Shown here in pieces: positions 17,495 through 25,100 of a stretch of 64,000 nucleotides of DNA. The first letter of the stretch is position 1. The number at the start of each line of letters is the position of its first letter. This DNA is from a virus. The stretch lies in IMG/VR virus record IMGVR_UViG_3300008448_012223; one strand, given 5' to 3'. The notes under the pieces are model-generated. The model saw only the letters and a program-made list of their open reading frames with translations. It was not told where the DNA came from and ran no database searches. A program made the position numbers and the translations under genes.

Positions 17495-18538
17495 CTAGGA
17501 GCCCCATTGGCTTATATAACTGACGACTATTAGTATGGGGAAGGGTAGCATCTTATCTATCCCTGATATCTCCCCTACCATATACATCAGTCCTAGACAT
17601 ACGGCCCCCGGTAGGAATAGAATACTAACGTGAGCCGATGCCATCAACACGACCAGCGCGGCCGCCGTTACACCTAGATTGATAAGGCGAGTGGGGCCGG
17701 CGTGTAACCAACGTTGCCACATGGGGCTCCTTATCATCCAGATGGTCAGCCAATAGGCTGATAAGAATAGGGGCGTCAGTAACACTACTGCGCCGACGAA
17801 GGCGGGCCAATGGAATTGGTTTACATCCGTTAGGGCCAGGTAGGAGCTCATGGCATCTCGCCCGCTACTATTACCTAACATGACTAGTCCCAATGATATG
17901 CCCCGCACAACGGCCTCGAGATAAGATTCAGTCTTACCATCGGGGGCGGCTGCGGCTACAGGTAACCCAATAGCGAGGAATGGTCCTAGCGACATAGCGA
18001 TGCTCAGTGCATTGCTGGTCTCACAGTCCCCAGTCTTACGTCTAGCGGGGCATATTAGGCTGGCCATAACGTAGCCCCCCATACCCAGGATGGTAGTAGC
18101 GTGGGGCTGACTATGCAGGAACCATAGGAAGATAGCCGTGATAACGGCTAGACCTACCATCTCGGCGCGGCTCCAGCACTGCACTAATATGAAGATGGCC
18201 ATCATTAATGGCGTTATCCACATATGAGATACACCGAGGTATTGGTCCATAACTATTATGCCTAGACTGGCTACTATGCCCCCAATTAGGCTGGTGATTC
18301 GTATTAGCAGCGAGGCCGATGCGTCATATCCGCTAGTGGCGGTAACTACTCGCATACCAGTGAAGGCCGGGTTACTCATGCGGGCCTCACTGGTGATAGT
18401 GCCAACTATCACTATAGCTAATACGCCCATCGCGTTATCACCGCTTATCAGCGGCATAAGGGCCATTAGCAGTATCTCGATACTAAGATATGGTATCAGA
18501 GATACTATGAGGGCCATCAACGCTAATACGATTGTCAT
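17495..18538 (-). CDS. Polytopic membrane protein (possible transporter-like)
   Basis: 347 aa, many hydrophobic segments. Confidence 0.75.
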   Translation of the reverse strand: MTIVLALMALIVSLIPYLSIEILLMALMPLISGDNAMGVLAIVIVGTITSEARMSNPAFTGMRVVTATSGYDASASLLIRITSLIGGIVASLGIIVMDQYLGVSHMWITPLMMAIFILVQCWSRAEMVGLAVITAIFLWFLHSQPHATTILGMGGYVMASLICPARRKTGDCETSNALSIAMSLGPFLAIGLPVAAAAPDGKTESYLEAVVRGISLGLVMLGNSSGRDAMSSYLALTDVNQFHWPAFVGAVVLLTPLFLSAYWLTIWMIRSPMWQRWLHAGPTRLINLGVTAAALVVLMASAHVSILFLPGAVCLGLMYMVGEISGIDKMLPFPILIVVSYISQWGS

Positions 18539-18543
18539 GTGAC

Positions 18544-18852
18544 TTACCCATTTAAGGTAATGATGGTAACGTTAATTAACGTGCCGTTACTAACGTTACC
18601 CGTTACTTGTATAAACCTACCGCTGCGTACTCCCCTAGCCAGGATAAGTATACTGCACCTGCTAGTGCCCGCACCCTCGTATAGGAGGACGTAGGCATGG
18701 TTGGGTAGGAGAGGGTTAGAGTATGTAGTGCTCTTAGCCCAGGCCTTCTCAATTGTCACGTAGGAGCCATTATGGCGCCTTATATCGCATAGGCCCACTG
18801 GTATGGGCGGGGGCCTATTCCCTAGTATAAGGGCGAGCACTGTATCTAGCAC
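18544..18852 (-). CDS. Hypothetical protein
   Basis: 102-aa ORF in the operon. Confidence 0.55.
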   Translation of the reverse strand: MLDTVLALILGNRPPPIPVGLCDIRRHNGSYVTIEKAWAKSTTYSNPLLPNHAYVLLYEGAGTSRCSILILARGVRSGRFIQVTGNVSNGTLINVTIITLNG

Positions 18853-19423
18853 GTTTTATGGCCTCATTGAACTCGGTCTCGTCAACGAAGGTCATAGTAT
18901 GAACTATGCCCTCGTCCCATTCGATGATGGCATATACGACACCGCCGTGTTGTAACGCATGATTGATGGCCCGCACGTCGAGCGCATCTATTTTTAGACT
19001 TAGGTTAGTTATAGCATAGTAACCAGAACCAGGCTCGGTCTCCCGTAAGGGCTCCTCTATTCTGAGGAACCGCTTCTTGAGCCTAGGGCTACTCACACTA
19101 TCGTAGTCTAGATAAGTACGGTTATAAGTGCCCTTTAACTCACCATTCTCTATATCACCTTGTATAGTTAACCACTCGCCTATCTCAGGCGGGGGCCCAT
19201 CTAAGGGCACATATACATAACAGCCTCTCTTATTAGAGGCAAGCAAGGGATCGGTGAATGCGACCACCCGAACTCTATCTACTACCTTGTCACTATTAGC
19301 ACTACATACGGAAGGCCTTGCCTTCGATAGGTTAGATGCTACGTCAGCGAATGCAGCTACGCCGACCAGTGCCATTGCACATAGCATTAAGGCACTTAAG
19401 GGTTTTCTTTCCATCGGAAGCAC
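18815..19423 (-). CDS. Hypothetical exported/membrane-anchored protein
   Basis: N-terminal hydrophobic signal-like segment. Confidence 0.6.
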   Translation of the reverse strand: MLPMERKPLSALMLCAMALVGVAAFADVASNLSKARPSVCSANSDKVVDRVRVVAFTDPLLASNKRGCYVYVPLDGPPPEIGEWLTIQGDIENGELKGTYNRTYLDYDSVSSPRLKKRFLRIEEPLRETEPGSGYYAITNLSLKIDALDVRAINHALQHGGVVYAIIEWDEGIVHTMTFVDETEFNEAIKRARYSARPYTRE

Positions 19424-19581
19424 TCTTTGACAGAATAGACTTCTTTATCCCGTACCCAAGACGGTACCTTCTCCAATTCGGACTGGACTACTGGGGTCCA
19501 CCAGTAGTAGTGCCCGTCACTGAATTGACCCATACATGGGTCTTGATCTTTACGACGGGAGCAGGATAAGCAGAGGCTCAT
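19396..19581 (-). CDS. Hypothetical protein
   Basis: AGGAGTAAAAAATG leader like that of the FGE genes. Confidence 0.55.
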   Translation of the reverse strand: MSLCLSCSRRKDQDPCMGQFSDGHYYWWTPVVQSELEKVPSWVRDKEVYSVKECFRWKENP

Positions 19582-19611
19582 TTTTTACTCCTGATAGGTT
19601 TTACTAACCGA

Positions 19612-19977
19612 TTACTTCTCTAAGCGTTTAAAAACATCAATCTCTTCTTTGATGCTTTCCTCTGTCTGCCGCTCAAGGGCCTTTATTCCTTGATTTAAGG
19701 AATCCGAAATAGTCTTACAGGCCTTGTCGTATCTTTTAACACAAATCCAGCGGCCATAATAACAGCTTTCAGAGTCTGTTATGTATCTAACCACAAACTG
19801 TAACCACTGGTATTTTTGGTAGCTGACTTCTGCGTAGAAGGCATATGAAAAATTAGAGAAATCACATTCTTCTTCAGAGGCATTAAATACCTTTAAAACG
19901 TGACTCTGAAACTCTTCAAATGACAGCAGTTGTTTCTCTGCTGATACGCTATTCTGAAACTCTTCATATGACAACAT
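19612..19977 (-). CDS. Hypothetical protein (paralog of 20432..20779)
   Basis: Duplicated LS(Y/F)EEFQ motif. Confidence 0.75.
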   Translation of the reverse strand: MLSYEEFQNSVSAEKQLLSFEEFQSHVLKVFNASEEECDFSNFSYAFYAEVSYQKYQWLQFVVRYITDSESCYYGRWICVKRYDKACKTISDSLNQGIKALERQTEESIKEEIDVFKRLEK

Positions 19978-20016
19978 GACAACATAGCCTCTATTATCTG
20001 ATTGCTGATAACCAAT

Positions 20017-20379
20017 CTAGAGCTTTTGTAAAAACAGGTACCCTACAGTCCCAGGGTTAGATTTATCCCGGACTAACCCTCCAGGGGTAAGGCAGTCCAC
20101 GCGACCTATCTTAGCGGCCGCGGCGGCCACCAACCCTAACACGATGTAATAAACCCCTTCCTGGGGTTCGGGTAGTCCCTCGATCTCTCCGTAAACAATG
20201 GACTCGATGGCAATACCATCGATTTCCCCCGTGACTATTGAAACTCGTGGGAGAATCCCCGACGGAGGGATCTCTTTGAGAATTTCAACAGTTTCAGCGA
20301 GAAACTGGTTCTTGGAGTCTTGCTCGACCCCCTGTCTAGAGACGAGGGTGATTACATCAGGCGTGGCGTTAACGACCAT
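20017..20379 (-). CDS. N.TP(H)-family small protein, possibly Crn4-like ring-nuclease family
   Basis: Start at MVVNATPD (TAGGAG RBS); PPSG.L.RV, YGEIEGLPEP..GVYYIV..LVA, LVRD motifs. Confidence 0.55.
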   Translation of the reverse strand: MVVNATPDVITLVSRQGVEQDSKNQFLAETVEILKEIPPSGILPRVSIVTGEIDGIAIESIVYGEIEGLPEPQEGVYYIVLGLVAAAAAKIGRVDCLTPGGLVRDKSNPGTVGYLFLQKL

Positions 20380-20431
20380 TCTTTTGACTCCTAAATAATT
20401 GTTAGCTGATAACTGATAACTAATTACTTTT

Positions 20432-20779
20432 CTATTTTTTAAAAACAGCAATTTCTGTTTTTTGCGAAACAATTTCTATTGCTTCTACTAAAGAATCCGA
20501 ACCTTTGTCTTTTTCTTTTACGACACTCCAACGGCCATAACTGCAAGCGTCAGGGTCTATTGAGTATTTGACTGTAAAAAATAACCACTGGCAGCCAGTG
20601 TAATTAATTAATGCCAAGAAATGATAAGAAGAAGAGCAAAACTTACACTCCTCTTTAGAGGCATTAAATATCTCTAAAACGTGACTCTGAAACTCTTCAA
20701 ATGACAGCAATTCTTTTTTTGAGGTACCCTGAAACTCTTCAAATGACAGCATAACACCTCTAAGATTAAATCTTGACAT
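20432..20779 (-). CDS. Hypothetical protein (paralog of 19612..19977)
   Basis: LSFEEFQ repeat; near-identical HVL..FNAS.EEC.F segment. Confidence 0.75.
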   Translation of the reverse strand: MSRFNLRGVMLSFEEFQGTSKKELLSFEEFQSHVLEIFNASKEECKFCSSSYHFLALINYTGCQWLFFTVKYSIDPDACSYGRWSVVKEKDKGSDSLVEAIEIVSQKTEIAVFKK

Positions 20780-20798
20780 CTGATAGCTGATAACTAAC

Positions 20799-20978
20799 TT
20801 AAGACTTTTGTAAAAACAGGCACCCTAAAACAGTCCCAGGGTTAGATTTATCCTGGACTAATGCCCCGGGGGGCTAAACAGTCCACGCGACCTATCTTAG
20901 CGGCCGCGGCGGCCACCAACCCGGATACGATGTAATAAACTCCTTCCTGGGGTTCGGGTAGTCCCTCGATCTCTCTGT
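20799..20978 (-). pseudogene. 5'-truncated second copy of 20017..20379
   Basis: Near-identical 3' 180 nt (EIEGLPEPQEGVYYIV...TVLGCLFLQKS*) with no 5' half. Confidence 0.8.
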
Positions 20979-21053
20979 AGTAGAATGGTATACACGCCCC
21001 TCTACCAGTAGAGAGGCGTATATCGGCCGACCTCCGATAAGGTCAGCTGATTC

Positions 21054-21701
21054 TTATTCCATAGGATTGGTGCTTGCGGCAGGGGCCGCCCACTCTGCAT
21101 CGTTACCTGCTGCATCCGCTGCTGCTCGTGCAGCAGCGAGTCGGGAAGTACGTTCTAATTGCCGGCGCTCCTGCCGAGCATTATTCTGAGACCGCGCTGC
21201 TAAGAGCCAGGCATCCATCGCGGGCTTTGATTCAAAGCCTAGGCCGCCGATAGATGTCTTATTTACTTCCATTCCCTCTATCCCGCAGGAGTAGAATGTG
21301 ATACTATGGGTATCCATCCCATTTACGGTTAGTACGGAGAAGCTGGGCTCTCCGACTTCAAATAGGATGGAAACGCCCCCTCCCATCATATCTGCGATAT
21401 TATCAGTAATGGTTTCAAATTGGTCCGGTGTTACCCGGACTTCTACCGTAAGACCAGCTAACTGGCCATTGTCAATAGGGGAGCCCTGGTGGGTGACATT
21501 ACTAATCTTCGTAACTGTGCCCACTAATCGGACAGTCCCATCGGCGCATTCTCTGTTCCAGATACGCCCTTGGTATTTAGTCGTAAATGCTATTGAGTAT
21601 AGCATAAACGCCTTGACTGGTTCCTGTGGTTTAGGTTCCGCTGCCTTAAATGCGTCCACAGCTGAGCGAGTGGCTTTGGCGGTAGTGCGTGATGGTCTCA
21701 T
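21054..21701 (-). CDS. Hypothetical beta-rich protein, distant relative of 15813/16426
   Basis: RLVGTV...GLTVEV...I.DNIAD pattern; Ala-rich tail. Confidence 0.8.
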   Translation of the reverse strand: MRPSRTTAKATRSAVDAFKAAEPKPQEPVKAFMLYSIAFTTKYQGRIWNRECADGTVRLVGTVTKISNVTHQGSPIDNGQLAGLTVEVRVTPDQFETITDNIADMMGGGVSILFEVGEPSFSVLTVNGMDTHSITFYSCGIEGMEVNKTSIGGLGFESKPAMDAWLLAARSQNNARQERRQLERTSRLAAARAAADAAGNDAEWAAPAASTNPME

Positions 21702-21735
21702 GGCTAATAAGTTAATAGGTAATAATTAGAGGTTA

Positions 21736-21925
21736 TGTCCCTCCGTTGGGGAGTGGCATCGGCTACTTTCGCAGCTCGAGCACCATAAGCTCCTCCGCTG
21801 GGGAGTGGCTAGTGCAGCTAGTGTAGCTATCGCGACTAGTGCGACACAAGCCCCTCCGTTGGGGAGTGGCTAATATAGCTATGGTAGCTATCGCGATAAT
21901 AGCTCTTCTGAAAGGGAGTGGCTAA
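21736..21925. repeat. Four imperfect hairpin repeats CCTCCGTTGGGGAGTGGC
   Basis: Copies near 21740, 21792, 21853 and a degenerate one near 21903; period about 50-60 nt. Confidence 0.85.
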
Positions 21926-22142
21926 TGAAACTAACGCAGCTCTTGCTGGATCCTTAGGGAGTACGCATAACAGATAGTTTATTGCCACCGCTAATAGAAT
22001 TCGCCGTCACGAGCATAAGCCGCCGCTAGTAACATTCGCTGTCATGAGCAATACTGGATACTACCTATCATATGGAGGGAAGAGCTCCACTAAAAGAAAA
22101 AGGGGCCAGGTGGCCCCCAGGGGTCATATGACCCCATTGTAA

Positions 22143-25100
22143 TTAGAAATCAGGATGATCTTCAGCTTCAGCGAGCTCTAGTTTGTAGTCGCCGAGGTCG
22201 AGATGTACAGCAGTTGCGATTTCCAACAGCTGCTTGAGCTGGGGGTTCCTGACATGATTAGAGAGTTGGAACTCACTTACCATTTGGAACACACTAACTG
22301 GAACGATCTCATCAGCGCCATAACTAGCTGCGTCATCCTGGGTCATAGGAGCCACAGGATCATAGCCCTGGCCAGTACGACGGAAGGCTCCGTATATGGC
22401 AGACGACATGATAAGGCCCTCGCGAGTGAAGTTGCCCCGTTCGAGAGCACCGTATGTGAGAGTACGGGCACGAGCCTTTATAAGCTGGTAGATTACCGCG
22501 GGCTCCTTAGCTAGTTTAGCAGGCATAAGGCCAGCCATAGCCTGAGCAGGAGGTACACCACTTCCTTGGCGATCCGTATCCGCAAGCTTAGTAGAGTTGG
22601 CAGAGTAGTATAACCTGTCTTGCGCCGACTTATACATAGGTACGCCAGCAGCCCAGGCGCGGGCTGCCTGTACTAAGGTCGCCATGAAGATCTTAGCCTC
22701 AGGGGTATAGCCCCCGAGACCCATGTTTTCATAGACGAAACGCCAAGCTATAACACACGCCTTGAGTGCGTCGGTATCGACGCCGCTAGCGCGGTACATA
22801 CTATCCCATGCCTGGAAGGCAAGTGCGGAACAGATACCATAGCCAGCACCTACGGCCCCTTTGTAGTGCATATGCACCTCAGCAGCGTCGCTGACGTACT
22901 TATTGACAGCGATAGCAGTAGCTACAGCCTTATCCCATTTAGTGAGGGATTTCTTGCCCATCTTATCTTCATAGCTCATGAAGGCGAAGAACGGCAGGTC
23001 ATCTGCTTCGTAGCAGTAGAAGTAGCCGCCCATGCCCATGAGACTAGCATTGATAGTGAGGGCACTCTTAGCGTTAATACCATACTTGTGAGCATTAATG
23101 CCGCCGCACTGATCACCATCAGCATCACCTTCGTTAACGGCGTGCCATAGGAGGGGGTTGACCGTATAGTGTGCGACGAAGGCATCAGTAGTAGAGAACT
23201 TGACGCGGCCACATAGGATGAAACCCATAGGAGTACGTTGTACCCCAATAACCTGGCCCTCTTCAACGCCAAGCATACGCACCATAGGGCAATCGGGGTG
23301 CATGAGAATTACAGGCACGCCATCAGCGCTATGAAGCAGTGGGCTATAGCTCGTCTTGACCTTACCAACGACCACATTGCCGGCGCGGGCTATACTTTTC
23401 AGAATGCCCTGGGATTTAACCATAGTGTTACACCATGTGCGTAAACCACGGCTGACCTTAGCAGTCATAGAGTAGATTTTACTATCCAAACCACTCTGGT
23501 CTTCAATCCCTACATCAGTAACGTAAGCCAGCAGAGTTAGAAGGTCTAACATAATGCCAGTAGCGGAGGCGCCAGAGAAGGTACCGAATGCACTCAAGGC
23601 CTTACCATTGATATGAAGAGAGACTTCATTGCCGTTGTTCTGGGCAACGATATCCACTCCATTGGGGTAGGCGGTAGCAAAACGGCCTAGCAGCTCGCGG
23701 TCACTGCCGGGGGTGCTATCAGAAACGTAGTCGTTAACTACACCGATAATGCCCCGTAGATGGTCACGCCCTTTAGTAGTGCTGATGTTAACACAAGCAG
23801 CACAGTCTTTAGATGTGATCATGCTAACTATGGACATAACGTTATCGTACTTAACTTCCTTCATGAGCGCTTCGCCCCAAGCGCGGTTCTGTAGAGCCAC
23901 AATACCGATCTGCTCCATAGTCATCTTGGAGAATGCTACGGACTCACGAGGAGTAGCTATCTCGATATCGTACGGCAGATAGCCGTATATAACTTCGACG
24001 GTCTCTTCGATACGGACGCTGGTATCGTCTATATCGATTACATTGATATCATCGTTAGCGACTACAGACGAGATGGAATCCCACAGGTCGCGGGCCATAT
24101 CAAAGGAGATGACCTCTTTAACACTGTTGGCTCGAGCCCACTCAGTAAAGGCATTAGTCTTAGCCATGAGATCAATGACTTTACCAGTATCATCGATGGT
24201 GAGAAGCGCACCTTCGGGAGTATAGGTGCAGCCCCCCTTCTCAATGGCAAACATCTCTATGAGTGCGGGCCATCCCTTGGTGGTCTCGTTATTCAGGATG
24301 ATATCCCAGGGTTGAGATAATCCTTTAACGTCATAGGGAAGAGTGGTAAGCTTCTTCCCTAGACCGCGGAGTTTGAGGACCTGGTCGCGCCCTACCATTT
24401 CAGTCTCAAGTCGAATGGTGACGCTATCAGCGCGGCCCTCGACGCCATTACGCGTGACAGTCCCGCCTATTACGCGGATGTCCTGCGCGAACGTCTCGTT
24501 CTTGACAATGCAGTACTTGCCCTGCATAATACTGATGATAGGGTTACCAGGAGCATAAACCTGGCCCTCTGCCTTCGCTATCTTACCTTCTATGACTTCT
24601 ATGAGCTTACTCGTGGGGTCATCTAGATCAGCAGCCATAAGAGCGCGAACTGAGCTAGGAATACGGAGTACGTGAAACTCCTTAGTAATGGTCTTCGGTA
24701 CGGTGTATTCGAACTCGAGGTCGCGACGTATAGCAGCAACACCGCTGCCAAAGCCAAAGCGACTATTGGTGAATGCAGTGCGTAGATAGAGGCCACCACC
24801 ACAACTATAGCCGCCATCACCTAAATCAACGCGAAGTAGGCTATCACGACGATCTATGATCTCAGCACGGGTGTATTTACCCGAGCTAGGCGGACGGTTG
24901 TACACCTTAGTGGGCTTGCTGAAGTCATGGATGGAGTATATCTTACCATCCTTAAGCCCAAGGAACATGGCCTTGGCGCCCTTACCTACAGCGATCCACT
25001 TTGTATTGTACTTATCAGGTGCTGCTATGATGCCGGCCTTGAGCGACAATTCGAGATCGCTGGGAGCAAGATTAGTGTTCTCTACTTGCAGGAAGGGGAA

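Noticed and set aside
21736-21925. CRISPR array or Racr-type repeat mimic
   Set aside because: Repeats are about 18 nt, the spacers resemble each other (TCGCGATAGCTAC), and they do not match Microcystis repeats as I recall them.
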